A program made the position numbers and the translations under genes. Under the pieces are notes generated by a model. That model saw nothing but the letters and a program-made list of their open reading frames with translations. It was not told where the DNA came from and ran no database searches. 64,000 bases of DNA from an uncultured Thermoleophilia bacterium (GTDB taxonomy: Bacteria; Actinomycetota; Thermoleophilia; UBA2241). This document shows positions 1 through 10,218 of this stretch, one piece after another. Each line of letters starts with the position of its first letter. The stretch's first letter is position 1. The stretch is from assembly GCA_963702475.1 (NCBI GenBank), contig CAVPCT010000003.1, forward strand, positions 448,001 to 512,000. The letters are read 5' to 3'.

Positions 1-1
1 C

Positions 2-433
2 GAGACCGAGCGCGTGGCGCGCGCCGAGGCGCTCGTCGTCATGGCGCCCGAGACCCTGCGGCTCATCGCCGACCGGGCCGTGGCCAAGGGCGACGTGCTG
101 GCCACGGCCCGCCTGGCCGGCATCATGGCCGCCAAGCGCACGCACGAGCTCATCCCGCTGTGCCACCAGGTCAACCTCACCGCCGTGCACGTGGACATCA
201 CGGCCGACGAGGAGCTGCCGGGCCTGCGCGTGGTCACCGAGGCGCGCCTCCGCGGCCGCACCGGCGTGGAGATGGAGGCGCTCGTGGCGGCCTCCGTGGC
301 GGGCCTCACGATCTACGACATGTGCAAGGCCGTGGACCGCGGCATGGAGGTGCGGACCGTGCGCCTCCTCGAGAAGAGCGGCGGCCGCAGTGGCCACTGG
401 AATCGTCCCGACCTCAGCGAGGAGAGCTCATGA
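2..433 (+). CDS. moaC: Cyclic pyranopterin monophosphate synthase MoaC (5' end outside window)
   Basis: [33 protein letters not shown] and [10 protein letters not shown] motifs; frame is open from the window edge. Confidence 0.96.
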   Translation, partial: ETERVARAEALVVMAPETLRLIADRAVAKGDVLATARLAGIMAAKRTHELIPLCHQVNLTAVHVDITADEELPGLRVVTEARLRGRTGVEMEALVAASVAGLTIYDMCKAVDRGMEVRTVRLLEKSGGRSGHWNRPDLSEESS

Positions 434-1383
434 GCGTTCACGACGTCGATGGGAACGTCGTCTCCGTCAACGTCGCCGAGAGCAAGGGCGTGCGCAAGGA
501 CCCCGTCGAGTCGATCACGCTGATCGTGGAGCACGGTGTGGAGGGCGACGCGCACGCCGGCCCGTGGCACCGTCAGGTCAGCCTGCTGGCGCGCGAGAGC
601 GTCGACAAGATGCTGGCCGCGTGTCCCACCGTGGACAACGGCGCTTTCGGCGAGAACATCACCACCGAGGGTCTCGTGCTCTACGAGCTCCCCGTCGGCG
701 CCCGCTTCTACTGCGGCGAGTGCCTGCTCGAGGTCACGCAGATCGGCAAGGAGTGCCACGACCGCTGCGCCATCTTCCATCAGGCCGGCGACTGCGTGAT
801 GCCGCGCGAGGGCATCTTCGCGCGCGTGCTCGAAGCCGGGCGGATCTCGCCCGGCGACGGCATCGTCCTGTTCAGGAACAGCCTCATCGTGGCGGCGGTG
901 CTCACGGTCAGCGACAAGGGGTCGCGCGGCGAGCGTGAGGACACCAGCGGCGACGCCCTTGAAGAAGGACTCACCGCGATGGGCGTGGCCTCCGTGGAGC
1001 GTGCGATCGTGCCGGACGAACAGGACGAGATCTCGGCTGCACTCAGGCGCTGGGCCGACGAGACCAACGTCAATCTCGTGCTCACGACGGGCGGCACGGG
1101 GATGACCAGCCGCGACGTGACGCCCGAGGCCACACTGGCCGTGCTCGACCGCCAGGCTCCGGGCTTCGCTGAGGCGATGCGCGCGGGCTCGCTGGCCGCC
1201 ACGCCGCACGCGATGATCTCGCGCGCCGTGAGCGGTATGCGCGGGCGCACCCTGATCATCAACATGCCGGGGAGCCCGAACGCCTGCAGGGAGCAGTTCG
1301 CGATGATCGCCAAGGCGCTGCCGCACGCGGTGGAGAAGCTGCAGGACCGCGGCGGCGACTGCGCGCCCGCGCCGCGGCCCTGA
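430..1383 (+). CDS. mog: MOSC domain / molybdopterin adenylyltransferase (MogA/MoaB) fusion
   Basis: ATG at 430 overlaps the moaC stop. N-terminal MOSC motifs [33 protein letters not shown]; C-terminal TVSDKG, TTGGTG...RDVTPEA, NMPGSP. Confidence 0.88.
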   Translation: MSVHDVDGNVVSVNVAESKGVRKDPVESITLIVEHGVEGDAHAGPWHRQVSLLARESVDKMLAACPTVDNGAFGENITTEGLVLYELPVGARFYCGECLLEVTQIGKECHDRCAIFHQAGDCVMPREGIFARVLEAGRISPGDGIVLFRNSLIVAAVLTVSDKGSRGEREDTSGDALEEGLTAMGVASVERAIVPDEQDEISAALRRWADETNVNLVLTTGGTGMTSRDVTPEATLAVLDRQAPGFAEAMRAGSLAATPHAMISRAVSGMRGRTLIINMPGSPNACREQFAMIAKALPHAVEKLQDRGGDCAPAPRP

Positions 1384-1395
1384 GTCCGCGGCCCT

Positions 1396-2043
1396 TCAGG
1401 TGCCGGGCGGACGGACCGCCGTGAGGCCCAGGAAGACGCTCACGGCGGCGTCGGCCTCGTCCACGTCCCGCCATCGTCCCGCCGCCAGGCGCTCGCCCAC
1501 GCTCTGACGCGTGACCCCCAGCCTCCGCGCCACCGCCTGCTGATGTCCCAGCTCGCGGTAGGCGGCGACCGCCTCCCACTGTTTGTCGCTGCGCGCGCGC
1601 AGGATCGGGTCGACCAGGCGGCACAGCGCCCCCAGCAGCACGTCCCCGGCCTCGCCGGTGCCGAGATAGCGCGTGAGTCCGCCTTCGCGGACGACGAGCT
1701 GCAGAGCGCGACGGGCCAAGGCGTGCGCGTCGCGTCCGTCACCGATCTCGGCGCCGAGCTCCACGACGCCCACGCCCACGCCGGCCCGCACCACGTGCGG
1801 CGCCAGGCCCTCGCGCAGCAGGCTGAGGCAGAGCGGCGCCTGCGACGGGTCGGCCAGCGCCCCGTCGAAACGGTCGGGCGCGGCCGCCGAGAACGGCTCC
1901 CACAAGGCCGCATGGAGTGTGCGGTTGACGGAGTCGAGGGCGGCTCTCAGAGTGGGGAGGTCCGGCGAGGATTCCGCCACGCCCGTCACGTCGGCGTCGA
2001 TCGTGGCGACGACTCTGCTCTCGCGGCGTGTGTCGATGGGCAT
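1396..2043 (-). CDS. SatD-family protein (C-terminal HTH)
   Basis: N-terminal ADV..S, RAGVGVG and G.DA..LAR.A; C-terminal KQWE...QQAVARRLGVTRQSVGERL HTH; TAGGTT -10 lies 5 nt before the ATG. Confidence 0.65.
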   Translation of the reverse strand: MPIDTRRESRVVATIDADVTGVAESSPDLPTLRAALDSVNRTLHAALWEPFSAAAPDRFDGALADPSQAPLCLSLLREGLAPHVVRAGVGVGVVELGAEIGDGRDAHALARRALQLVVREGGLTRYLGTGEAGDVLLGALCRLVDPILRARSDKQWEAVAAYRELGHQQAVARRLGVTRQSVGERLAAGRWRDVDEADAAVSVFLGLTAVRPPGT

Positions 2044-2207
2044 GCTGCAACCTACGCCGCTCCGCCTGCGTCTCCTCCCGCGGAGCGCGCGCCCGGCGGA
2101 GGGGCTCGAGAATACGGTCTAATCCCGTCCGTTGTAGTGGAAATGGCGCGAAGGCAGAAGGTGGGCTACACTAGGCTTCGCCTCGTCATACAACCGGGGG
2201 TATCCGC

Positions 2208-2624
2208 GTGAACAAGAGATCCCGAACTCGCCTCCTCATCGCCACGGGTGTCATCGTCGCCGTGTTCGTGGTCGGTATCGTGTTCCTCGTCCAGAAGCAG
2301 GGCGCGTACTACAGGCAGGTCTCAGACCTGACCACGGGGCAGTACGACGGCAAGAACGTGAAGGTCGGTGGCCGCGTCATCGACGGTACGATCAACCGCG
2401 ACGACAGCGGCGTCCACTTCGAGATCCTGGACCTCACCGGGAAGACCGACACGATCCAGGTCACGTACAGCGGGCAGATGCCGAACACCTTCGAGAGCGG
2501 CGTCGACGTGGTGGTCATCGGTACCTACGCGTCCAACGTGCTCACGGCCGACCAGTTGCAGACCAAGTGCCCGAGCAAGTACGAGGGGTCGGCTTCGCCG
2601 GCGCCCGCCGCCCAGACGCAGTGA
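2208..2624 (+). CDS. ccmE: Heme chaperone CcmE, CxxxY variant
   Basis: N-terminal TM, YY..VS, V.VGG.V..G, V.Y.G.MP.TF..G..VVV.G, and KCPSKY in place of KHDENY. Confidence 0.92.
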   Translation: MNKRSRTRLLIATGVIVAVFVVGIVFLVQKQGAYYRQVSDLTTGQYDGKNVKVGGRVIDGTINRDDSGVHFEILDLTGKTDTIQVTYSGQMPNTFESGVDVVVIGTYASNVLTADQLQTKCPSKYEGSASPAPAAQTQ

Positions 2625-2637
2625 GCCCGCGCCTGTG

Positions 2638-4641
2638 ATGACCCTCGGGAACATCTCCCTGACCCTGGCGCTCGTCCTGTCTGTGGCGAGCGTTCTCTTC
2701 CTCGCCCTCGGCATGCGCTGGGACCGGGCGGACTACCTCCGCAACGGCTACTACGCCGTGTATGGGTTCTTCCTGGCCACGGTGATCGCCTCCGCCGTGC
2801 TGCTGCAGGCGTTCCTCAAGAAGGACTTCAGCTTCGGCTACGTGGCCGAGAACTCCGACGCCTCCCTGTCGGTGTTCTACCGCATCGCCGGGTTCTGGGC
2901 CGGCCAGCAGGGATCGTTCCTGCTCTGGCTCCTGCTCATCGCCATCGTCACGGTCGTCATCGCGCTCCTCGACCTCCCCAAGCTCCAGCGGCTCACCGCC
3001 GGCGCCGTCATGGTGCTGTGCCTCACCGGGGCCGTGTTCGCCGCCCTCATGGTGCTGAACAAGGGCTCCAACCCGTTCGAGCCGGCTGCGGCGGGCATGA
3101 TGCCGTTCGGCCTCAACCCGCTCCTGCTGCATCCGGGCATGGTGCTGCACCCGCCGGCGCTGTTCATCGGCTATGTCGGCCTGTCGGTGCCGTTCGCCTT
3201 CGCCATCTCCGCCCTGCTGCTCGGGCGCGCCGACAGGATGTGGGTGAACCTCTCTCAGAAGTGGGCGGTGTTCGGCTGGCTGTTCCTCTCGCTGGGCATC
3301 GGCCTCGGCGCGTGGTGGGCCTACGTGGTCCTCAGCTTCGGCGGCTACTGGGCGTGGGATCCCGTTGAGAACACCTCTCTCGTGCCGTGGCTCACGGCCA
3401 CCGCCCTGCTCCACGCGATGACGCTCTACAAGTCGCGCGGCATCTTCAAGCACTGGGCCCTGGGCCTCGCCATCGCCACCTTCTGGTTCACGATCCTCGC
3501 CACGTGGACCACGCGCACCGGCCTCATCCAGTCGGTGCACGCCTTCGAGCGCAACCCGCTGCTGGTGTGGATCCTCTCGGGCTTCCTCGTGGTCACAGCC
3601 GCCGCCGCCGTCGGGCTCATGGCGTGGCGCTGGCGCCGCTTCTCCAGTCACGACCAGTTCGATTCCATCGTGTCGCGTGACTTCATGTACTACCTCACGA
3701 ACCTGCTGCTCACCCTGTTCGCCGTGGCTGTTGCGTTCGGCACCGTGGTGGTCCCGCTGACCATGGAGAAGACCGTCGGGGCGAGTACCTACGACATGAT
3801 CGCCCAGCCGCTCGGCGTCGTGGTGCTTCTGCTCATCGCCGTCTGCCCGCTGCTGGCGTGGCGCAAGACGGAGGGCGCCGAGTTGCGCAAGACGCTCATC
3901 CTGCCGCTCGTCACCATGCTGCTCTCCATCCCGCTGTGGCTGTATCTGGGCTTCCAGAGCAACGTGTGGGGCTTCATCGGCTTCCTGGTCTGCGGCTTCG
4001 CCGTGGGCGCGGTGATCCAGTTCGTGCTGCGCTCGGCGCGGCGCGCGGCCGGACCCGGCAGGAGCCTGTGGTCCGGCATGGGCCGCGCCTTCACCGGCAG
4101 TCGCACCCGCACCGCCGCGTACATCGTGCACTTCGGCATGATCCTCGTGGTGGCCGGCCTGCTCGGCTCCTCCCTGTACAAGCAGGAGGAGACCGCCATG
4201 GTCAAGGTCAAGAAGGGCGAGACGGCCACGATCGGCGACTACACCCTCACCTACGTCGAGATGACCGGAGGCACGGGGCCGCAGAGCTCGACGCGCGCCA
4301 ACGCCGTCTTCGAGGTGTCCAGGGGCGGCCGGTCGGTCGGGACGGTGGCCCCGCACACCGAGATCTATCCGGTGAGCGGGGCGGCCGTGCGCGCCGTCAT
4401 CCTGGGCGGCCCGCGCGAAGACCTCTTCGTCGTCACCGATGAGCCATTCGACAGCAGCTCCGAGACCCTTGCGCTGCGCATGGTCGTGTTCCCGCTGATC
4501 CAATGGGTGTGGATCGGCTCCATCCTGCTGTGCGTGGGCGCCGTCGTCTCACTGTGGCCGAAGGCTCGCCGTCAGGAGCAGGAGGCCCGCGAGGCGGCGC
4601 CGGCCGACGAGGACGGCGAGCTCGGCGAGGCGTCGGCCTGA
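2638..4641 (+). CDS. ccmF: Cytochrome c heme lyase CcmF
   Basis: WAGQQGSFLLW, GLNPLL.HP.MVLHPP, WAY..L.FGGYWAWDPVEN WWD domain, SVHAF; many TM segments. Confidence 0.95.
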   Translation: MTLGNISLTLALVLSVASVLFLALGMRWDRADYLRNGYYAVYGFFLATVIASAVLLQAFLKKDFSFGYVAENSDASLSVFYRIAGFWAGQQGSFLLWLLLIAIVTVVIALLDLPKLQRLTAGAVMVLCLTGAVFAALMVLNKGSNPFEPAAAGMMPFGLNPLLLHPGMVLHPPALFIGYVGLSVPFAFAISALLLGRADRMWVNLSQKWAVFGWLFLSLGIGLGAWWAYVVLSFGGYWAWDPVENTSLVPWLTATALLHAMTLYKSRGIFKHWALGLAIATFWFTILATWTTRTGLIQSVHAFERNPLLVWILSGFLVVTAAAAVGLMAWRWRRFSSHDQFDSIVSRDFMYYLTNLLLTLFAVAVAFGTVVVPLTMEKTVGASTYDMIAQPLGVVVLLLIAVCPLLAWRKTEGAELRKTLILPLVTMLLSIPLWLYLGFQSNVWGFIGFLVCGFAVGAVIQFVLRSARRAAGPGRSLWSGMGRAFTGSRTRTAAYIVHFGMILVVAGLLGSSLYKQEETAMVKVKKGETATIGDYTLTYVEMTGGTGPQSSTRANAVFEVSRGGRSVGTVAPHTEIYPVSGAAVRAVILGGPREDLFVVTDEPFDSSSETLALRMVVFPLIQWVWIGSILLCVGAVVSLWPKARRQEQEAREAAPADEDGELGEASA

Positions 4642-4652
4642 CGGGAGAGCCT

Positions 4653-5366
4653 GTGCCGCTCGAGATCGAGGTCGAGGGTCTGCGCAAGACGTTCGGTCGC
4701 CGCGAGGTGCTGAAGGGCATCTCCTTCAGCGTCGAGCGCGGCGGCTTTCTCAGCATCTTCGGCCCCAACGGCGCCGGTAAGACCACCACGCTGCGCGTGC
4801 TGGCAACGCTGCTCACGGCCACGGCCGGCACCGTCAAAGTGGCGGGTCACGACGTGCGCCAGGACCCCATGCCCGTCCGTTCGGCCATCGGCCTCATCTC
4901 GCACACGCCCATGCTGTACCCCGACCTCACCGCCGACGAGAACCTGCGTTTCTACGCCGACATGTACGGCCTTACCGATCGCGAGGAGCGCATCAGCGAC
5001 CTGCTCGAGCGTCTGGAGCTCAGCCACCGGCGCCACGACGTGGTGCGCACCTACAGCAAGGGCATGCGTCAGCGGCTCGCCATCGCGCGCGCAGTCCTTC
5101 ACAGGCCGCGCGTCCTGCTTCTGGACGAGCCGCACTCCGGCCTCGACCCCCGCGCCGTGGACATCTTCGACGGCCTGCTGGGCGAGATCCGCGACGAGCA
5201 CACCTTCGTCATGGTGACCCACAACATCGCCAAGGGTCTTGAGTGGGGCACCCACCTGATGATCATCGAGAACGGCCGCATCGCCTACGAGCATGCGGCC
5301 GGCGTCGACCACGACGCTTTCAGCGCCGTGTACCGCGAGCACGTGCACGACGGGAGCGTGGTTTGA
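4653..5366 (+). CDS. ccmA: Heme exporter ATP-binding protein CcmA
   Basis: GPNGAGKTT, YSKGMRQR and LLLDEP motifs; position in ccm operon. Confidence 0.9.
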   Translation: MPLEIEVEGLRKTFGRREVLKGISFSVERGGFLSIFGPNGAGKTTTLRVLATLLTATAGTVKVAGHDVRQDPMPVRSAIGLISHTPMLYPDLTADENLRFYADMYGLTDREERISDLLERLELSHRRHDVVRTYSKGMRQRLAIARAVLHRPRVLLLDEPHSGLDPRAVDIFDGLLGEIRDEHTFVMVTHNIAKGLEWGTHLMIIENGRIAYEHAAGVDHDAFSAVYREHVHDGSVV

Positions 5367-6050
5367 CGGCGCGCCGCCAGTTCATGGCCATCATCCGCAA
5401 GGACCTCATCCGCGAGCTCCGTACTCGCGAGATGATCATCAGCATGATCCTCTTCGTGCTGCTGGCGATGGTCATCTTCCACTACGCCTTCAGCGTCAAG
5501 GAGGGCGCCGACCTCACCTTCTTCACCGGCGGCATGCTGTGGGTCACGTTCATCTTCGCCATGCTGCTGGGACTGAACCGCTCGTTCGCGCAGGAGAAGG
5601 ACGAGCGCTGCCTGGACGGCCTGCTGCTGTGCCCGGTCGACCGCGTGACGATCTTCCTCGCCAAGACCGCGGGCAACCTCATCTTCCTGCTCATCATCCA
5701 GGTCGTCGCCGTGCCCGTCTTCACGCTGTTCTTCGTCGACCGCAGCTACGCGGGCGACATCCCTGCAGTTCCTCGTGGTGCTGCTGCTCGCCGACGTGGG
5801 CATCTGCGCCCTGGGCACGCTGCTCGCCACCATCTCCATGAACACGCGCTCGCGCGACCTGCTGCTGCCCATCATCTTCCTGCCGCTGATCGTGCCGGTG
5901 CTCATCGCGGCCACCGGCGCGACCACCCTGATCTTCGCGGAAGGGGCGAGCTTCGGCAGCCTCCTCGCCCGCGTTCTGTTCCTGTTAGGCTTTGACGCCG
6001 TCTTCCTCGTGGCGGCGTACGGCACCTACGATTTCGCGATAGGAGAATGA
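5363..6050 (+). CDS. ccmB: Heme exporter permease CcmB, with a +1 frameshift near 5761
   Basis: KDL..ELRTRE, LNRSF..EKDE.CLDGLLL.PV lie in one frame. GTLLATIS...RSRDLLLPII.LPL..PV continues in another frame after GACATCCCTGCAG (extra C). Confidence 0.88.
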
Positions 6051-6736
6051 GTGTGAAGAAGCTCCTCAGCGCACCATCGCTGTTCATCGGGGCCGGCATC
6101 TTCCTCATCGTCGGCATCCTGCTCGGGTTCTGGTGGGCGCCCGTCGATTCGTCGTCCATGGGCTTCACCCAGAAGATCTTCTACTACCACGCACCGATCG
6201 CCGAGACGTCGCTGGTGGCCTTCGGCATCGCCTTCGTGGCGGCCATCATGTACCTGCGCACGCAGGACCTGAAGTGGGACCGCCTCGGCTACGTGTGCGT
6301 GCGCCTCGGCCTGCTCTTCGCCGTGCTGGTGATGATCACCGGCATGATCTGGGGGAAGGCGTCATGGGGCACGTGGTGGGCGTGGGAGCCGCGCCTCACC
6401 ACCTTCCTGCTGGTGTGCTTCCTGTACGTGGCCTACTGGGTGCTGCGCTCCGTCGTGGAGGAGGAGCAGCGCCGCGCCACCTACGCGGCGGTGTTCGCCA
6501 TCATCGCGTTCATCGACGTGCCCATCACCTTCTTCGCGACGCGCTTCCTTCCCGAGGGTCTGCACCCGGTCGTGATCACGACGGGTGACACCGGCATGGA
6601 AGGCAGCATGTTCGCGAGCTTCTTCATCAGCATGATCGGCATGACCCTGCTCCTGGTCGCGCTCATCCGCAGCGAGCTCCACGTGGAGACGCTCAAGGAC
6701 CGCGTGGCCGACCTCAAGCACTCGATCGGAGGCTGA
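6047..6736 (+). CDS. ccmC: Heme exporter/WWD protein CcmC
   Basis: QKIFYYHAP, TGMIWGK..WGTWWAWEPRLT, LHP. Confidence 0.94.
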   Translation: MSVKKLLSAPSLFIGAGIFLIVGILLGFWWAPVDSSSMGFTQKIFYYHAPIAETSLVAFGIAFVAAIMYLRTQDLKWDRLGYVCVRLGLLFAVLVMITGMIWGKASWGTWWAWEPRLTTFLLVCFLYVAYWVLRSVVEEEQRRATYAAVFAIIAFIDVPITFFATRFLPEGLHPVVITTGDTGMEGSMFASFFISMIGMTLLLVALIRSELHVETLKDRVADLKHSIGG

Positions 6737-6740
6737 TCCG

Positions 6741-6914
6741 ATGTCCATCGAAGAAGCGGCCCGGTACGTCGCCGCGGCCTACGCCGTCATCCTTGCCGTG
6801 CTCATCCTGTACTTCATCATCAGCGCCCGGCGCATGAGCCGGCTCGCACGCGACGTCGACATCCTCGAACGCGAGGTCGAGCGCCGGCAGGGCGTCGGGT
6901 CGCCGGAGGCCTGA
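6741..6914 (+). CDS. ccmD: CcmD-like small membrane protein (57 aa, below the ORF-track cutoff)
   Basis: MSIEEAARYVAAAYAVILAVLILYFIISARRMSRLARDVDILE; YV.AAY TM followed by a charged tail; GGAGG RBS; directly after ccmC. Confidence 0.8.
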   Translation: MSIEEAARYVAAAYAVILAVLILYFIISARRMSRLARDVDILEREVERRQGVGSPEA

Positions 6915-6951
6915 CCCGCCGGCGGCACCGGCGCACCCCGACGCCTGACTC

Positions 6952-7779
6952 ATGGAGCACGTCTCCATCATCCTCCTGTGGATCGCGTACCTGCTCTACG
7001 CGGGTGCGTTCGCGATCTTCGTGGTGCAGTTCCTGACCAAGAGCCCGACGCTCACCCGTATCGGGCTCTGGGTGGCCGCCACGGGCCTGGTCTTCCAGAC
7101 GGTGGCCATCATCCTGCGCGGTTTCAGCGCCGGGCACGTACCTTTCGTCGGCGCCTACGAGTCGCTGGTGCTGGTGTCCTGGGCGGTGGTCCTCGTGTGG
7201 CACGTCCTGGAGTCGTTCACCAAGATGCGCGCCGTCGGCCTGTTCGTGTTGCCGGTGGTGCTCGTGCTGCTCACCGCGGCCCTCATCGAGTACGACGCCC
7301 CGGTCGGACTCACGCCGGCGTTGCGCAGCGACATCGTCGTGCTCCACGTGGTCGTCATGCTCACCGCCATCGGCTGCCTGTACGTGGCCGGCGGCGCCGC
7401 GACCCTGTACCTCATCGAGGAGTCGCTGCTGCGGCGGCACCGCGCCGACGGCGTGCTGGGCCGCCTGCCGTCACTCGGGACGCTGGAGAAGCTGGTCTAT
7501 CACGCCACGCTGGTCGGGCTCCCGTTCCTCACCGCCGGCATGCTGGCCGGCATCATCCGTGCCGAGACCTTCAATGTCCCGCAGTGGTGGCTGGACCCCA
7601 TGGTGCTGCTCGCCATCTTCGCCTGGGCGCTGTACGCGGCGCTGCTGTGGGGACGCGTGCGCGCCGACTGGGTCGGCAGTCGCATCGCCTGGCTCGCCGT
7701 CAGCGGCCTCGTGGTGCTGCTCGTCATCCGTTTCGCCGCCGTCCCGTTCTGGACGGGCTTCCACACCTACGGGGGTTGA
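6952..7779 (+). CDS. ccsA: CcsA/HemX-like cytochrome c assembly membrane protein
   Basis: GHVPF...YE, LHV, LPSL.TLEK, WW.DP and terminal FHTY; about 8 TMs; immediately upstream of hemA. Confidence 0.78.
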   Translation: MEHVSIILLWIAYLLYAGAFAIFVVQFLTKSPTLTRIGLWVAATGLVFQTVAIILRGFSAGHVPFVGAYESLVLVSWAVVLVWHVLESFTKMRAVGLFVLPVVLVLLTAALIEYDAPVGLTPALRSDIVVLHVVVMLTAIGCLYVAGGAATLYLIEESLLRRHRADGVLGRLPSLGTLEKLVYHATLVGLPFLTAGMLAGIIRAETFNVPQWWLDPMVLLAIFAWALYAALLWGRVRADWVGSRIAWLAVSGLVVLLVIRFAAVPFWTGFHTYGG

Positions 7780-7783
7780 GCGC

Positions 7784-9262
7784 GTGCTCGTGGTCGTCAC
7801 CGGCATCTCGCACAAGACCGCCTCGCTCGACCTGAGGGAGCGACTGGCGCTGGACGAGCAGAACGCCCTGCGCGTCGCTCAGGAGTTGCTCGAGAGCGGC
7901 GTGGCCTGCGAGGCGGTGTCGCTCAGCACGTGCAACCGCACCGAGCTGTACACGTACGCGCACGACTCGCTGGCGGCGCGCCACGCCTGCGTCGGCGCCC
8001 TGGCGCGCCACGCCGGCGTGGCCGACGCCGACCTCGAGTCGAGCCTGTACAGCTACTCGGGCGATGGCGCCATCTCCCATCTGTTCCGCGTGACCTCGAG
8101 CCTCGACTCCATGGTGGTCGGTGAGGCGCAGATCGTGGCGCAGATGAAGGCGGCGTACCAGCTGGCGTGCGAGGGCGGTTGCACCAGCGTGGTCTTCAAC
8201 CGCCTGTTCCGGCACGCGCTCGAAGTCGGCAAGCGCGTGCGCACCGAGACCTCCATCGGCGAGCGCCCGGTGAGCGTCAGCTCCGCGGCCGTCGAGCTCG
8301 CCCTGCAGGTGTTCGGCAAGCTCAAGGACCATACGGTGCTCATCGTCGGTGCCGGAGAGACCAGTGAGCTCACCGCCACGCACCTGAAGGCGCACGGCGT
8401 CGCGCGCATCCTGGTCACCAATCGCACGCTCGAGACATCGGAGAAGCTGGCGCACAACGTGGGCGGGATCGCGGTGCCGTGGCCCGATCTCGAGCAGCAC
8501 CTGGCCGCGGCCGACATCGTCGTCAGCTCCACCGCGGCGCCCCACTACGTGATCACCCGCGACACGGTGGAACGGGCTCTCAAGCACCGCCGCAAGCGGC
8601 CCATCTTCTTCATCGACATCGCCGTGCCGCGCGACCTGGACCCCGAGATCAACCGCATCAGGAACGCCTACCTGTACGACATCGACGACCTGCAGCACGT
8701 GGTGGAGCACAACCGCCACGAGCGGGAGAGAGACGCGCAGCACGCCGAGCGGATCGTCGGGGAGGAGCTCCACAACGTGGACGACTGGCTCCGCAGCCTC
8801 GAGGTCGTGCCGACCATCGCCACGCTCCGGGAGGCCGTCGAGAGCATCCGCAGGAGCGAGCTCGAGCGCCTGGGGAGCAAGCTCTCGAGTCTCACGGACG
8901 AGCAGCGCGCCCAGGTGGAGATGCTCACGACGAGCATCGTCAACAAGATCCTGCACATGCCGACCGTCAAGATGAAGGAGGCCGCGGGCGGCGACTCCTG
9001 CTACTTGTACGTGGATGCCGTGCGTACCCTCTTCGACCTCGGGGACGGGTCGGGGGAGGAGGAGCCGGCGCCGGCCGCGGCGGCCGGTGCGGAGCGCGCG
9101 TCCGCGGCCTCCTGCCCGGCGGCCGAGCGGCCGTCCGAGCCGCGCGAGCCGGCCGCCCCGGATCTGACCGCCGCGGAAGGGCAGGAGGCCCTCCTCGAGC
9201 CTGATCCGGAACCGGCCGGCGCCACGGTGCACAGGCTGCGTGAGACCGGGACGGGCGTATGA
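7784..9262 (+). CDS. hemA: Glutamyl-tRNA reductase
   Basis: GISHKTA, LSTCNRTE, SLDSMVVGEAQI, GAGE, DIAVPRD; low-complexity C-terminal tail. Confidence 0.96.
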   Translation: MLVVVTGISHKTASLDLRERLALDEQNALRVAQELLESGVACEAVSLSTCNRTELYTYAHDSLAARHACVGALARHAGVADADLESSLYSYSGDGAISHLFRVTSSLDSMVVGEAQIVAQMKAAYQLACEGGCTSVVFNRLFRHALEVGKRVRTETSIGERPVSVSSAAVELALQVFGKLKDHTVLIVGAGETSELTATHLKAHGVARILVTNRTLETSEKLAHNVGGIAVPWPDLEQHLAAADIVVSSTAAPHYVITRDTVERALKHRRKRPIFFIDIAVPRDLDPEINRIRNAYLYDIDDLQHVVEHNRHERERDAQHAERIVGEELHNVDDWLRSLEVVPTIATLREAVESIRRSELERLGSKLSSLTDEQRAQVEMLTTSIVNKILHMPTVKMKEAAGGDSCYLYVDAVRTLFDLGDGSGEEEPAPAAAAGAERASAASCPAAERPSEPREPAAPDLTAAEGQEALLEPDPEPAGATVHRLRETGTGV

Positions 9263-10212
9263 GCGATGTCGTCAGGATAGGTTCGCGAGGCAGCAGGCTC
9301 GCGCTCATCCAGAGCGAGTGGGTCCGCGACGAGCTGGTGCGCCTGCACCCGGACCTGCAGGTGGAGATCGTGGTCATCCAGACCAAGGGCGACAGGCTGC
9401 TCGACGCACCGCTCGCCAAGTTGGGCGACAAGGGGCTGTTCACGAAGGAGCTGGAGGCGGCGATGCTCGACGGCCGCACCGACCTCGCCGTGCACTCGGC
9501 CAAGGACATGCCGACGTCGGTGCCGGACGGCCTCGCCATCGTGGCCTTCACGGCGCGAGAGGACGTGCACGACGTGTTCGTCCCCGGGCCGGGCGCGCGC
9601 CCGCACGACATCGGCGCCCTTCCGCAGTGTGCGGTCATAGGGTCGTCGAGCCTGCGCCGTCGCTCGCAGCTGCTGGCGCTGCGCCCCGACCTGCGGCTCG
9701 TCGACATCCGCGGCAACGTGCAGACGCGGCTGCGCAAGCTGGAGGAGCAGGGCATGGCCGGGACCGTGCTCGCGGCCGCCGGCCTCGCGCGCCTCGGGCA
9801 GCCGGGACTGGCGGCGTTCGCCTTCTCCTTCGAGCAGATGCTCCCCGCCGTCGGGCAGGGTTCGCTCGCCATCGAGGCGCGTACCGGCGACACGCGTGTG
9901 GAGGCGCTTGTCACGCCGTTGGTGCACGAGCCGACCAGCCTGGCGGTGCGGGCGGAGCGCGCCCTGATGCACCGCCTGGAGGGTGGCTGCCAGGTGCCCA
10001 TCGCCGCACATGCCCGCGTCTCCCGCGTGCCCGACGACGTCGCCTCACTGCAGCTCAGCCTGCGCGCCTTCGCCGGCTCGCTCGACGGGAGCGCCGCGGT
10101 GCGCGGCGAGTTGGTCGGCCCTGCGCAGGCCCCGGAGGGGCTGGGCATCGCCTTGGCCGAGGACCTGCTCGGGCGGGGCGCCGACCGTATCCTGGCCTCG
10201 GTCCGCGGCTGA
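9259..10212 (+). CDS. hemC: Porphobilinogen deaminase
   Basis: GSRGSRLAL.Q, KGLFTKELE, AVHSAKD, GSSSLRR, RGNVQTRL, LEGGCQVP. Confidence 0.97.
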   Translation: MSDVVRIGSRGSRLALIQSEWVRDELVRLHPDLQVEIVVIQTKGDRLLDAPLAKLGDKGLFTKELEAAMLDGRTDLAVHSAKDMPTSVPDGLAIVAFTAREDVHDVFVPGPGARPHDIGALPQCAVIGSSSLRRRSQLLALRPDLRLVDIRGNVQTRLRKLEEQGMAGTVLAAAGLARLGQPGLAAFAFSFEQMLPAVGQGSLAIEARTGDTRVEALVTPLVHEPTSLAVRAERALMHRLEGGCQVPIAAHARVSRVPDDVASLQLSLRAFAGSLDGSAAVRGELVGPAQAPEGLGIALAEDLLGRGADRILASVRG

Positions 10213-10218
10213 CGACCC

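Noticed and set aside
5755-5770. Programmed frameshift or phase variation in ccmB
   Set aside because: Only a CCC run with no slippery heptamer or long tract; an indel sequencing error is more likely given the other small shifts in the window
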